DNA of 64,000 nucleotides from Pelagomonas calceolata (GCA_918797485.1 CAKKNE010000005.1:3162001-3226000); one strand, 5' to 3'; shown: positions 10,101 to 19,688, counted from the stretch's first letter. The notes: generated by a model from the letters alone, not told the origin. A program made the numbers and translations.

Positions 10101-10672
10101 CCCATAGTCACGGCGACGCGTGCGAGCTGACCTGTCCCACGGGCGTCGCCGACGAGGACTCGAACTCCTTCGGCGAGTGCTCGGGCAAGGGCGAATGCGT
10201 CGTCTCCGAAGACGGGTCAGCGGTCAGTTGCAAGTGCAACCCGTTCCGCAGCGGCGATGCCTGTCAACACCGCAACGGCACGGCCACGTCTTCGAAGAAG
10301 GACGCGGCGATGGCCAGCACGGGGGCGGCGATCTTCTTTGGGGTCTGTGCGTGTTTGTTGCTCGGCGCGGCGGGCGCGTGCTTCATGGTCGCGGAGCGGA
10401 GGCGGCGGAAAATAGATCGCTACGAGCGGCTCTTCCAGGAGGTCGTCCCGAACGCACTGGTAGAGCGCGGTGCGAGCGGCGAGTACGAGGCGCCGTCGCT
10501 GCGCGGCATCGAGACGGAGCTCACGTCGCGGGTCGCCGATCCGGACGAAGAGGACATCTTCGGAGGACCGCCGAAGTCTCCGCAGATGCTCGGCGAGGCG
10601 GCGCGGCAGACGATCGCTCTGGATGCGACCCGGGAGCGCGACAAAACAACCGCAGGGGCTGAAATGATATGA
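7106..10672 (+). CDS. Type I membrane protein: signal peptide, CUB, four (EGF + PPC-like) units, teneurin-like EGF array, TM, cytosolic tail
   Basis: MARLTYFLLPLLAEA signal; C-W-L..FDFFQTEFQHDYLTVYDG (CUB); many CSxxGxC..CxC EGF repeats; TM AAIFFGVCACLLLGAAGACFMV followed by RRRRK. Confidence 0.85.
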   Translation: MARLTYFLLPLLAEAAWPSCTQVNVAPDTAFGIGGKHDPYDDGAEACWVLTAPGDRLTVAFDFFQTEFQHDYLTVYDGQDDDDPLQVSGELPSPFVLRPDNKEVLLHFKADATYHSGARTQQLGLTAKYFDSSDGSCFNGCSNHGTCDDGLCTCNEGWGADEYTDCSIPVKTLNDGVKADIGGISVGAWEYFKINVDESDTFLIELVDASVATADPRLMVSYDTLPTLSHYRLSDWFSWYYDCSDIHFIRGNGRTGTIYIGVTNDALRGDATGTLEASVTLRVGTNSQQRCLLDCNGHGTCDTTSGNCACDDGWEGSLTNAPDTCQFQVRALTLDTSNEGTVRIGNWDYYRYDVTADQAHRNKLAVEFYSSTPHAWPIALVRRNDAPRLKDGLVPTVDAFVYTEVDGEGFELIQGQRMSIIVNETTLSEGAWYIGVYNLWGHNGVNGMTSKETLQYSLTATLYNSGTPCPATKNGGFCDGNTCDFNTGECACPSDRLWRDCSFTAETLLGDGATKNPPALGIGGHSYYAIEVTVDHIQAKKNLVVTLEVLGDKVADPTMRAAFEEMPWAADASQFTDHDLLANFYRDAEHQILLDAEELAAAGPGVWYVSVHNGVENSEALTFSITSSFKTSLDCPLARDDRMCDGQGTCERNLGRCDCASGRVMDDCSADGVFELTPSQLTASPSRGNAKTISIDGWAFWSIAVGCEDRVLEVAFQTTNDGALPTLVVRRDRLPLMVQGTFDYFDYYNQHTPSQAIAITACGDDQFGCSGSGCCMNPTYPGSAFSTGAPEPGIYYIGIYNDHEASESIQDYTLSVEMRGVPGASDTCKVCAPGFASSDCSVPCPGMDPADVYSNSPTSSGTFCSGRGVCSADGSSCVCGAGYIGDACQDGCAADESGDTCSNRGTCVDAGAGVASCACDKGWGGKACELECGGCSNHGGCVYDDDTGARCNCDGDHAGAECEFDCPSHLGHACNRRGQCVVLHANDGTALRASCVCDAHSHGDACELTCPTGVADEDSNSFGECSGKGECVVSEDGSAVSCKCNPFRSGDACQHRNGTATSSKKDAAMASTGAAIFFGVCACLLLGAAGACFMVAERRRRKIDRYERLFQEVVPNALVERGASGEYEAPSLRGIETELTSRVADPDEEDIFGGPPKSPQMLGEAARQTIALDATRERDKTTAGAEMI

Positions 10673-10695
10673 TAGTAAGTAGTACAAACACAGAG

Positions 10696-13593
10696 TTACG
10701 TAATATGCGGCCGCTTCGCCGCGAGGAGGTCGAGCGCCTCGGTGAGAGTGGGGCGCGCGTCCGGGTCCGCGGCCGTCATGCGTTCGATAAGATTTCCCAA
10801 GAATTTGCGCGCTCGGTTCGACGTCGTCGCATTCGCGAGGCGGGGCAGGGCCCAGGGCCGCGACCCCACGTCGTAGACGTGGGCCTTCGACGTAAGCGGC
10901 AGGCAGCTTCCGTTATGACACCATCCACGCGCCTCTGGCGCGGCGATTGATCCGTCGCGACACGCGACCGGCACGGCCGCCGACCCAGCGAAGTTAGCAA
11001 ACCGCGTGTTTCCGCCGACGCAGGAGTGGTGGTGGCGCGTCGCCGGGCAGGCCTTGTCGTCGGCGCAGGCCCTGTCGTCGAAGCCGGTCATAGAGTGCGC
11101 GACACGCTCGGCGAGGAGGTAAGAGGCCACGGGAGCGTTCGAAAGAAGCCGAGGTCCGTCAATCAGCGAGATTGTATCATCCCGGACGGCGAATTGGTGC
11201 GGACTGAGGTCATCCAGAAAATAGCCGCCGATTTCTGCGAAGCTCCGGAAGCAGTCGAGTAATGACGCGGCTAGTGCAAAAGCAGTCGGACCGTCTATCG
11301 GCTCGGTCCGGACCAGCCATCCGGACCTGCCATCCCGTGGGAACTTTGTTGCATACGACTCGCCGCCATCGCTTACGACGTACACTGGTCCTCCAGCCTC
11401 CGTCCACGCCCCCAGCAACGTAGGAACGCCTGGGGCGCCTCGCAGCCACTCGAGAAAATATAGCTCTCCCAGGAGCTCGCCGCGGTGCACCTCGTCCGAC
11501 CTAGGGGACGTCGCCCTCCCGTCGCGATGCTGGCGCACGAGCCGCTTCAGAATAACTTTCCGGCCGTCTGGAGCCCGGCCGGCCCAGACCTCCTTCGCCG
11601 TGCCGTTCGCGAGCCACCGCAAGTCCTCGACGTCGCCGCGTTGGACCGTCCACTCGGATGGCGGCTTGTTGCGGCCCGCGAGCGTCGCTGCGAGACCCCC
11701 GAGTCTCATCATAGCTTCGCCCTTGTCGAGCTCCCAGTGGTCGTACGCCCGGAGACGCCGCGGCGCGTCGCCCACCTTACAGCGCCTCGGCGGCGACGTC
11801 GCCGCCAGCGTCTCATGAAAAGCGTACGCCCGCCTTTCTTTGCGGTCCGCCCCACCCTCGAAGCGCGCCTCGACCCGATCAACGGGAGGACACGTCCCGT
11901 CCTTCGCGATCGGTCGCAAACACAACGGCGCGCATGCCTTTTTCTTCCGCAACTGGACGTGGTACGAGAAGATGTGCTCGGCCTCGGGCGCGAAGGCCTT
12001 CCAGTTCGTGCCGTTGCGGTGCTTGCCCTTGCCCCAGTAGATGCCGTGGCGGACGCAGACGCAGCCCGTCTTCTGCGCGTAGCGCTTGTACAGGTTCTGC
12101 GACCGGACCTTGCCCTCATTGTGCAGGCCGTAGTAGTCGTCGGGGCACGACCTACCTTTCCTAGATTCTTGCGGAGGCGGTTTACTGTAGAACCCATTGA
12201 CGTCTCTCCAGAGGTCCTTGAAGGTTTCTCTGAATACGGGTGCACGCGCGTGCACTACTAGGTTCGACGCCGCGTGCACGGCGTTGTCATTGGCGACGAG
12301 ATTCGCATAAGGGACGACGAGCGCCCGCCGCCAGACCTGCACGTCCGTCCGCGCTTGGATTATGGTGTCAGCCTTTGAGTGGAAGTTTCTCAGAGCCACA
12401 TCTAGTTGTCTATATTGATTCATCCAGCCGGAAGAACGGGGCACGTCCAGCGGGTCCACGACGCAGGCCTTCCCTCCCGTTTGATTTGCGAGTAGTTCGG
12501 CGAGCGCCCAGTATGGTTCTGTGGTTACGATGGCGACGCCCGCGCCTTTGAGACTCGTTCGTATTTCCTCATAATGTTTACGATCGCGTACCCGTAACGC
12601 ACCGGTGAGGTAGACGTCCACACTAAGTTTCTTCGGCGGCGGCGCACATGACGCACAAGGTCCGCGCTGCGATTTCAGAGGCCCCGCTTCACACACGCAC
12701 GGTTGCGACGCGTCGGCGCCCTGCCTAAACTCGACGCCCCGAGGGCACGCTTCCGAACCGTCCACTCCCAGTAACACGATCTCCGCTATACACAATTGGC
12801 TCCGCTTATCGCCGCGCAGCGCGGCGCCTCTACCAGAACAGAACGCGTCGCAGTGGCGCGTGAACTGTATGGAGTCCCAGCCCTGCGTCTTCGCTTCTAC
12901 CACAATCTCGCCCAGTTCCGCGTCGCACTGGACGATGCCTAGCTCCTCGTCCTTGGCGTTGCCGTTGCTACAGGGCCTTTTCAGAAAGTACAGAGCAGCG
13001 TCCTCGTGCGTCTCGAAGGCTATGCTTTTACCGATATGGATCCACAAACCACTCCCCTTGAGCCCATAGAAGTAGGCGCCCTTGCTTTCGAAGGCCGAGT
13101 GCCCGCAGTGCGAGACCTCGGCCCATGTGTTGTTGGCGTGGGGGCCCATCGGTAAATCGGCGGCCGTGAAGCGTCTCATATAACCCAAATCCAAGGGGGC
13201 GTGCCAGTTCAGGCGCGCAAAAGGCTCGTCATCAGACTTGGGACAGGCGGCGTAGCTTTTGCCTTCTGGCAGTGGCGCCGGGCGCGGCGCGCCTTTATCG
13301 GGAAGCAAGACGTCGACGTCCTCTATGTTCAAATCTGCCGTGCTGCTCCCGTAGACGCGTGCCAGGTAGTGTCGCCAAGTACTACCTGGCCCGTAGTCCA
13401 TCCAAGTAGTATTCCGGGCCCAAGCGAACGCGTCCGCGCCGTAGGTTCGCGCGGGCGCGCCGTATTCATGGTGCCACCGCGGCGTCGCCGCGCCACGGAT
13501 CTTCTTCGGCGTCGACCCGGATCGGTACGTCAGCGTCGCGGGCGGCTCGGCGGCGGCGCGCACCAGCAGCAGTGGGAGGAGGCTGGCTCTCAT
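10696..13593 (-). CDS. Secreted multidomain protein with C-terminal PKDCC/VLK-like kinase domain
   Basis: Signal MRASLLPLLLVRAAA; LANGTAKEVW..VILKR..ELYFLEWLRGAPGVPTLLG..FLDDLSPHQFAV..LIDG..DPDARPT. Confidence 0.7.
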   Translation of the reverse strand: MRASLLPLLLVRAAAEPPATLTYRSGSTPKKIRGAATPRWHHEYGAPARTYGADAFAWARNTTWMDYGPGSTWRHYLARVYGSSTADLNIEDVDVLLPDKGAPRPAPLPEGKSYAACPKSDDEPFARLNWHAPLDLGYMRRFTAADLPMGPHANNTWAEVSHCGHSAFESKGAYFYGLKGSGLWIHIGKSIAFETHEDAALYFLKRPCSNGNAKDEELGIVQCDAELGEIVVEAKTQGWDSIQFTRHCDAFCSGRGAALRGDKRSQLCIAEIVLLGVDGSEACPRGVEFRQGADASQPCVCEAGPLKSQRGPCASCAPPPKKLSVDVYLTGALRVRDRKHYEEIRTSLKGAGVAIVTTEPYWALAELLANQTGGKACVVDPLDVPRSSGWMNQYRQLDVALRNFHSKADTIIQARTDVQVWRRALVVPYANLVANDNAVHAASNLVVHARAPVFRETFKDLWRDVNGFYSKPPPQESRKGRSCPDDYYGLHNEGKVRSQNLYKRYAQKTGCVCVRHGIYWGKGKHRNGTNWKAFAPEAEHIFSYHVQLRKKKACAPLCLRPIAKDGTCPPVDRVEARFEGGADRKERRAYAFHETLAATSPPRRCKVGDAPRRLRAYDHWELDKGEAMMRLGGLAATLAGRNKPPSEWTVQRGDVEDLRWLANGTAKEVWAGRAPDGRKVILKRLVRQHRDGRATSPRSDEVHRGELLGELYFLEWLRGAPGVPTLLGAWTEAGGPVYVVSDGGESYATKFPRDGRSGWLVRTEPIDGPTAFALAASLLDCFRSFAEIGGYFLDDLSPHQFAVRDDTISLIDGPRLLSNAPVASYLLAERVAHSMTGFDDRACADDKACPATRHHHSCVGGNTRFANFAGSAAVPVACRDGSIAAPEARGWCHNGSCLPLTSKAHVYDVGSRPWALPRLANATTSNRARKFLGNLIERMTAADPDARPTLTEALDLLAAKRPHIT

Positions 13594-13921
13594 TTTGCCA
13601 TCTCACTCGAGAATCGCTGCCCCGCGCATGGGCAGCCGCGACAGCGCACCGAATAAGCTCCAGAACGCATCGATGCCCATGAATGTGACGCGTAAGGCCT
13701 GCTCTTTTTGCTCAGAGGCCCGCACGACTTTTTGCTCCGAACGCAAAGCGCACTCTCGCGCCGTGTAGCGGTGTAATTTGTGACGAAAGCGATTGATTCG
13801 GCTTGGCTGCTCGCTCGCGAGCACCATTCGCGCTGCGCTAGGCAGTGGTGGGCATCCAGCCTAGCTTGACAGGGCTGCCCACGGGCGCGCCGACGACGCG
13901 TCGCGGCACAAAAATGACACC

Positions 13922-15051
13922 ATGATGAGGCTGCTCTGCGGCTTGACAATGGCCGCGGTCGCCGAGGCGGGCTGCAAGCCCGCGCCGCGGCTCGACGGCC
14001 GGCGCGCGCGCCGCGGCCTCGCGTCGACGCGGGCGCACCGCTTCGCGGAGGGCGACGCGAGCCGCTACGCGAGCCTGCTCCGCGTGCCGACGGGCTGGGC
14101 GTCGTTCGAGGGCGAGCACTGGCTCGTGGTCAAGAACGGGTCGTGGCCGGCGGCCAACGGCGCGGCGTCGCTCGTCGTTTTTAGGGGATGCGACGCGCGC
14201 CTCACAAACTGCATCCATAATGGCGACGTCGTCGCGCGCGGCGCCTGGCAGCTGCACAACTACGCCCTACTCTCCGAGAATGCTATATGGGGCGTGACGG
14301 GCGAGACGTCCGCGAAGCACCCCGCGACGCTGACGCTGCGCGCCCACACTCGCGAGGACAAGAAGTGGCTCCAGCACGCCTACGGCCCGACGCTGTCGAT
14401 GGGCCACCCCGGCTGCGTCGAGAGGCGCCAAGGCTACGACGGGCAGTGCCTCTTCGACGGGCGCTTCTCCCTCGCGTCGATGAACAACCGCACCTGGATC
14501 TATGCGCGGGGCAACACGAATCCCGAGGGCGGCGGCCGCGCGGTCTACGTTGCACAAAAAACATCAGAGGGATGGGGCCGCCTGAAGCCCATCGAATTTC
14601 AGAAGGGCGCGCGGCCGCCCTTCGACCGCCTCCAACATATAGATGCGGACGTCTACTACGGCGCTGTGAATGCGAACCCGGCGCTCCCGGGAACGCTGCT
14701 GGGCCTCTTCCCGGCGGCGAGCCGCGACCGGGCCGCTATCATGATAGCTGTCTCCTGCGACGGGCTCCATTATTCGCGGCGCCCGTCGAGGTCTGGCGGT
14801 CGGCGCACGACCGGGGCGAGGTCGTGGACCACGCCGTCGACGGCGTTTCCGTTGATGATGGTGACGCATTTATTTATATCCACGCCGGCGTGCCGGGGAC
14901 GCTGTGGAGGACGTGCGAGTTTTCCACCATGAAGCCGCCGCCGTCCGAACTCGTCCGGCTGACCTGGCCGCTGGCGAAGCTCCGCGGCTTCTCGCGGGAG
15001 GCCGTGACGGCGCTGCGGCGGGCGGGGCGATGTGATAGTCCAACTGTTTAA
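13922..15051 (+). pseudogene. Secreted beta-propeller/glycoside-hydrolase-like gene with a frameshift near 14771-14778 (pseudogene or sequence error)
   Basis: First frame is protein-like up to AVSCDGLH; the -1 frame continues FAAPVEVWRS..DHAVDGV..FIYIHAGVPG to TAA at 15051. Confidence 0.6.
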
Positions 15052-15116
15052 GACTGAATATTGATCTCGAGGCTGAGGCTAGTTACGTCGCAGGGTTCCC
15101 CGTACCCCTACCGATT

Positions 15117-15140
15117 GCTAGTGTCTTTAAGGACGCTAGC
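15117..15140 (-). promoter_or_regulatory. CTAG-bounded upstream element, copy 2
   Basis: gctagtgtctttaaggacgctagc (reverse orientation), about 100 bp upstream of the AP2-RING gene. Confidence 0.65.
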
Positions 15141-15245
15141 TCTGTCCTCTCCCAGCTTTGCGCATCGTGCTCGTGTGCTGATGGTGCAATAATTTTTTAG
15201 AGCCCAGCTGGCATCGCTTCTGTCCTGTCTGCTGCCTTGGACAGC

Positions 15246-15890
15246 ATGTCGGACCCTGTTCGGCCCCCGTTCCTGAGTACCCTGCTCTACCCATTGCCCA
15301 CACGCCCCCTCGGAATCGATGAAATGCCGGCGTACGTTTTTCAGTACAGTCCGGGACACTACTACGAAGGAAAGTACGCAATCAAAGTTAAAGTATATAA
15401 AGAAGCCTCAGGCTGGCACCGCGGCGGTAGCTACGACTACAAGACATACATCGGTGAGTACGACACCTGGCAAGAAGCGGTCCTGGACATGCCTCGACGA
15501 AGACAGGAATTAGAAAAGAAGACACGCAGCGGGACCCCGGCCCCGACGGGGACTGTTCCTCCTCGACGAACGAAAAGATTTAAACAAATTAACTGGGATG
15601 AGGTTATCCGCGCTGAAGCCTGGGCCGAAGCGCAGCGCCTGGAGCTGGAGCGGGCCGCCGCGTCGCCTCAGGTCGACGAGGAGGCCTCCGGGGCACAGGT
15701 CGCCGAGTGCCCGATATGCCTGGAGAAGCTCGACGACGCGTCGCCGGCGCTCGCGTGCGACCATAGGTTCCACGCGGCCTGCCTGCAGGAGCTCGCGGCG
15801 ACGGCATGGGCCGAAGGCGCGGCGCGAACGCGCGCCCGTGGCACGGCCGTGCTGTGTCCCTGCTGCCGGGGCCAATCGTATGTCAAGTAG
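15246..15890 (+). CDS. AP2-like domain + C-terminal RING-H2 protein
   Basis: GKYAIKVK..TYIGEYDTWQEA (AP2-like); CPICLE..CDHRFHAACL..CPCCR. Confidence 0.7.
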   Translation: MSDPVRPPFLSTLLYPLPTRPLGIDEMPAYVFQYSPGHYYEGKYAIKVKVYKEASGWHRGGSYDYKTYIGEYDTWQEAVLDMPRRRQELEKKTRSGTPAPTGTVPPRRTKRFKQINWDEVIRAEAWAEAQRLELERAAASPQVDEEASGAQVAECPICLEKLDDASPALACDHRFHAACLQELAATAWAEGAARTRARGTAVLCPCCRGQSYVK

Positions 15891-15960
15891 TCTCTGTGTG
15901 TGTTGTAAGTCTATGTTTTATATCTCAAAAAGAAAACTGGGAAACGGAGTCCGCTTCCGA

Positions 15961-15984
15961 GCTAGCGGTCTGTAAGACACTAGC
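15961..15984 (+). promoter_or_regulatory. CTAG-bounded upstream element, copy 3
   Basis: gctagcggtctgtaagacactagc upstream of the ORC3-like gene. Confidence 0.7.
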
Positions 15985-16162
15985 CCGCCCGCCATCTTGG
16001 CTTTACGCCTGGCGTGCGGCGCAGACATTCTGTCGCGACGCGGCAGCGGCGTTAAACTTGCTATTTTGAAGGTCTAAGCAGTCCTGCGACGCATCGGGCT
16101 AGCAAAAGCAGAGCAAAAGCGCCTCAGCCCGCCAGATCCAAAATCGGAGCGCATAGCCGGCC

Positions 16163-17653
16163 ATGCCGCGCATAGAACAACGCTCCGAGCGCGCATTACC
16201 GCGCGCCGCCGGCGAGACGCGCGCCGGCGCGGCGCTCCGAAGGGACGCGCGCATGCAGTGCGCTCGCGCGCTGCGCGACGCCTTCGACGCGGCCTGCGCA
16301 TCCCTTTGCAAAGATACGGCCGACGCGGCGGCGCAGTTCATCCGCGCGCCTAGACGAGAAGGAGACGTGAGGGTGGCGGTCGTCCGCGCGGGCTTCTGCG
16401 GCCGCTGTAGAGGGGTGGCCGCGGCGGCATTAGCGAGCGCGCTGCACCGGGCGAACGTCAAAGCTGTTAGGGTGGAAGACCGGTGGCAGTTGAATGATGA
16501 GAACGACGAGGAAGCTGCGGTAGTGGTAGCAAGAGCCGAGGCGACGGGCGCCGCGGGCTTGAGAGACGCCCTCGCGGCCCTCCCGCCCCATATTGTTGGT
16601 GTGGTTGTCGTCGCCGGCGCGACGTGGCGCCTGCCGACTGGTTTACCCTCTGCCTTACGCGCCCAGACCTTCCGCCTTCCCCACGCGGACGCGTTCGCGG
16701 ACGCGTTCCTGAGCAGTACGCTGCGCAATTTACCATGTGCTGTGGGCGCGCGCGCCGTGGTAGGCTGGCTCGAGGGCTACGAGCAGCACGGCGATCCCGC
16801 GCAATTAGCATGCCGGGCGCAACTCGCGGTCCTAGAACACTTCCGGCGGCCCGGGGCCTTCCTCGCGACGGCCATATTTGTGGATGATCCAGCATCTCAA
16901 AGTTTGGCGCTGGCCGAGGCGGCGCCGGATCTTGATGCGCATGACGTCGACGCTTTGGCTCGCGTCTTGAGGAGCCGCGCCGTCGCCGCGCGCGTGGCGA
17001 CGACGTGGGCCGCGGCGGCTTTGACAACGTCGGGGACGGCGCCGCGACGGTGGCGCGCCGCCGCCGCGTGTGCGTTGCCTCTGTCGCCCGGTCCATCGCT
17101 GGACGCGCAAGACGCCGCCGCGACGGCCGTCAAACAGGCGTCGCCCGCAACTTTGGCTACTTTGCTCGACGCGTGGCGCTGCCGCGCGGTCGCCGACGAC
17201 GTGCCTCGAGCTGTAGCGGCGCGAACAACAGAGCTAGCGGCCGTCGCGCACGCCGTCGCCTCCGCGCCTCCCTCGAAAGAGCGCTCGCGGCGCTGTCGTT
17301 TTGTGGCGCACGAGGCCGCGTCGTTACTGACACGCGTTTCAAAAGCCGGGCGCCAACTGTCGGAGCTGCCCCTGGCGCCTCTTGTAATAGTGGACGGCGC
17401 GGGCCACGCGCCGTCGGGCCTGTGGACGGCGACGACGCGCTTGCTCCAGACGGCGGACGTGCCCGCGGCGACGGCGTGGCGCGCGGCGGCCGCCGGCCTT
17501 GCGGGCGACGCGAAGCGCTGGGCCCTCGCCGTGCGGGGCGAGCGCGACGACGGCAATGAAAGGACGCTGGCCTTCGCCAAGGCCGTGCGCGACCTGCACT
17601 ACGCCGGCCTCGTGGCGTCGAAGCGGGGGCGTTTTTCTGCCGTGACGACCTAA
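16163..17653 (+). CDS. Divergent origin recognition complex subunit 3-like protein
   Basis: LPCAVGARAVVGWLEGYEQH..RAQLAVLEHF and C-terminal FAKAVRDLHYAGLV resemble ORC3 N-domain and winged-helix motifs. Confidence 0.5.
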   Translation: MPRIEQRSERALPRAAGETRAGAALRRDARMQCARALRDAFDAACASLCKDTADAAAQFIRAPRREGDVRVAVVRAGFCGRCRGVAAAALASALHRANVKAVRVEDRWQLNDENDEEAAVVVARAEATGAAGLRDALAALPPHIVGVVVVAGATWRLPTGLPSALRAQTFRLPHADAFADAFLSSTLRNLPCAVGARAVVGWLEGYEQHGDPAQLACRAQLAVLEHFRRPGAFLATAIFVDDPASQSLALAEAAPDLDAHDVDALARVLRSRAVAARVATTWAAAALTTSGTAPRRWRAAAACALPLSPGPSLDAQDAAATAVKQASPATLATLLDAWRCRAVADDVPRAVAARTTELAAVAHAVASAPPSKERSRRCRFVAHEAASLLTRVSKAGRQLSELPLAPLVIVDGAGHAPSGLWTATTRLLQTADVPAATAWRAAAAGLAGDAKRWALAVRGERDDGNERTLAFAKAVRDLHYAGLVASKRGRFSAVTT

Positions 17654-17707
17654 TATTCATTTGTCTGAACACATGACTCTGTTACACAGCACAGTAGTGG
17701 GCGCTCC

Positions 17708-17802
17708 ACGCGTCTCGCGTCGACGGCGTCGAGTTGGCGCTCGGCACCGGATCGGCACCGAAGGAGGTGAGCTACACCTCCAACGCCGTCGAAGCGACGC
17801 GT
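17708..17802. repeat. Imperfect inverted-repeat (MITE-like) element carrying the CGCCGTCGA motif
   Basis: acgcgtctcgcgtcgacggcgt ... acgccgtcgaagcgacgcgt in a convergent intergenic gap. Confidence 0.55.
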
Positions 17803-17808
17803 AGAAGA

Positions 17809-19157
17809 CTATCGCCGCCGCTTGGCCCCCGACGCCGACGTGACGCCGTGGGTGCCGGCGACGAGCGACCCCTTCAGGCCCTTCCTTTGAGGCGCGACCT
17901 TCTTCTTCTTCTTCGAGAAGGACATCGACCGCTTGAGCTTCAAACTCTTCGCGGACAGCTGCTTGACGAGCTTCGTGGGACCACTGCCGGCGAGTTTGAG
18001 CCTGCCTGATAAAGTTCTGACGAACTTCGACGCCTTCTCGCCGTACCTCCGGGGATGCTTCTTCTTCCTCTGAGGCTCCTCGTCGCGAGAAGCGCGCAGC
18101 CCCCCTTTCCGTCGCACGTCTTCGTTGAGTTTTTTGTGATCTGCAGACAGGTCCTCCTGGTGCGGCGCCATAGCTTTTTTTAACTGCATAAGCACGATGT
18201 CCTTCTCGGTAAAATGGGGCCCCTCCCGATTTCTCCAGTACCGGTCGCCCATGACCGCCTTCCGCATGTTGTGCTGCAGCTCGAAGGCCGGGTACAAGAG
18301 CAATTTGTGCCTCTTGTTCTGTTCCAGGAATTCCCGGAATGAAATCTTCCCGTCGGAATCCGAGTCGAACTGCCTCAAAGTACCTTCTAAATCAAGTAAG
18401 TTGTTCTCCTTCCTTCTGAAGGCTTCACCTTTCCTCTTGCCGGTAAAACCGTAGACGCTTCGACACAACGACTCGACCTCCTCCATGTCTAAGAAACCAG
18501 ATCTGTCCACGTCCGTGATGTCGAAGGCGTACTTCACGAGACCCGCCCACGTGAAGGTACAATATAAGTAAAAAGTGGCGCAGAACTCGACGAAGTCGAG
18601 CTCGCCGCTCCCGTCGGCATCCAGCAGCTTGAACGTGTTCACCTGTGTGTGTTCGACCTTCACGCCATCGACGCGACGCCTGCTCGACGGCGTGAAAAGC
18701 GCCGCAGCACGCACTGGTTGATTCCCACACAGGTGTTGACCATGAATTCGGTGCGCTCAAAATCGAACCACATCAACAGCTCAAACAGATCTACACTGCC
18801 GCTCCCGTCTCTATCGACTTCCAGCCAGTACTTGTACATCTTCCTAAGGTCCCGTTCCGGTATATCTAACTCCAGCATGAGTACTCTCAGACCCCGTCGT
18901 ATCGCCGGCGTTTCTGGTAGTTGAGGTAGCTCCTCATTACTACAGCATCTTTGTAAGAACAGAATGAGATCAAAGCGGTTCGGGTTGTGCGGCTTCTTGA
19001 CTGGTATGTCGGGCTTCAGCGACGCCTGGAACCTCTCGTACTGCTTGGCCGTCTCGCGCGCGTCGACGACAACGCGTTTGCCATAGCGCTTCGTCTTTGA
19101 GGTTTGGCCAGCCAAGACGTCGGGCAGCCCTCCCCCTTGGCCGCGGCCCTTGACCAT
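17809..19157 (-). CDS. EF-hand calcium-binding protein, 2 exons (19157-18741, 18642-17809)
   Basis: Four EF loops (DRDGSGSVDLFE, DADGSGELDFVE, DVDRSGFLDMEE, DSDSDGKISFRE). Removing GT..AG intron 18643-18740 joins the two track ORFs as TEFM|VNTFKLL. Confidence 0.9.
18643..18740 (-). mobile_element. Introner-type intron (98 bp): TIR element plus 8-bp TSD
   Basis: Sense strand: GTCAACAC-[CTGTGTG...CACACAG]-GTGAACAC; donor GT lies in the left TSD copy, acceptor AG in the TIR. Confidence 0.85.
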
Positions 19158-19533
19158 GCTCAATTCGTTGCTCGCGGCGGCGGCGTGACCCTGGTTTGGG
19201 CAGCCTTTTGTGGCCGCGTTCTTCGGCCCTAGATCGCGCCGCAGGCGTGCGTAGGACAGCCTTTTGGCAGCCTGCTACTTGTGGGCAGCCCCTGCGGCCC
19301 TAAAGGCTTACCGGCTGCGCCCCTGCGTCCGTCGCGTGGTCGGTACCGTGGGCGTGCGTGCGCCTTGCGTGGGGCGTGTGTCGTTGGTCTGCTCCTTGTG
19401 CGCAACAACGCTCACAAGCTTTGTGCTTGGCCAACCATGGCCCGGCTAGTGGGTTCTTGCTCTGGAGTCCTTCGCGAGTCGGTTCGTACGGGTGTTTGGG
19501 CCTCGCGACCGTCCTGTATTGCTGCGCTTGCTT

Positions 19534-19558
19534 GCTAGTGTCTTTACAGGCCGCTAGC
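19534..19558 (-). promoter_or_regulatory. CTAG-bounded upstream element, copy 4
   Basis: gctagtgtctttacaggccgctagc between divergent EF-hand and selenoprotein genes. Confidence 0.7.
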
Positions 19559-19688
19559 TCTCAGAGTTAGCAGAGCTGGAGGCTGGAGGAGCGGCACAGG
19601 CGCGCTCTCCGGGTCTCGCGCCTGGCAAGTTTTTCAGGGGCACACAGACGCTGCTGGCACGCGTGCAAAACCCATCGATAACAGAGTG

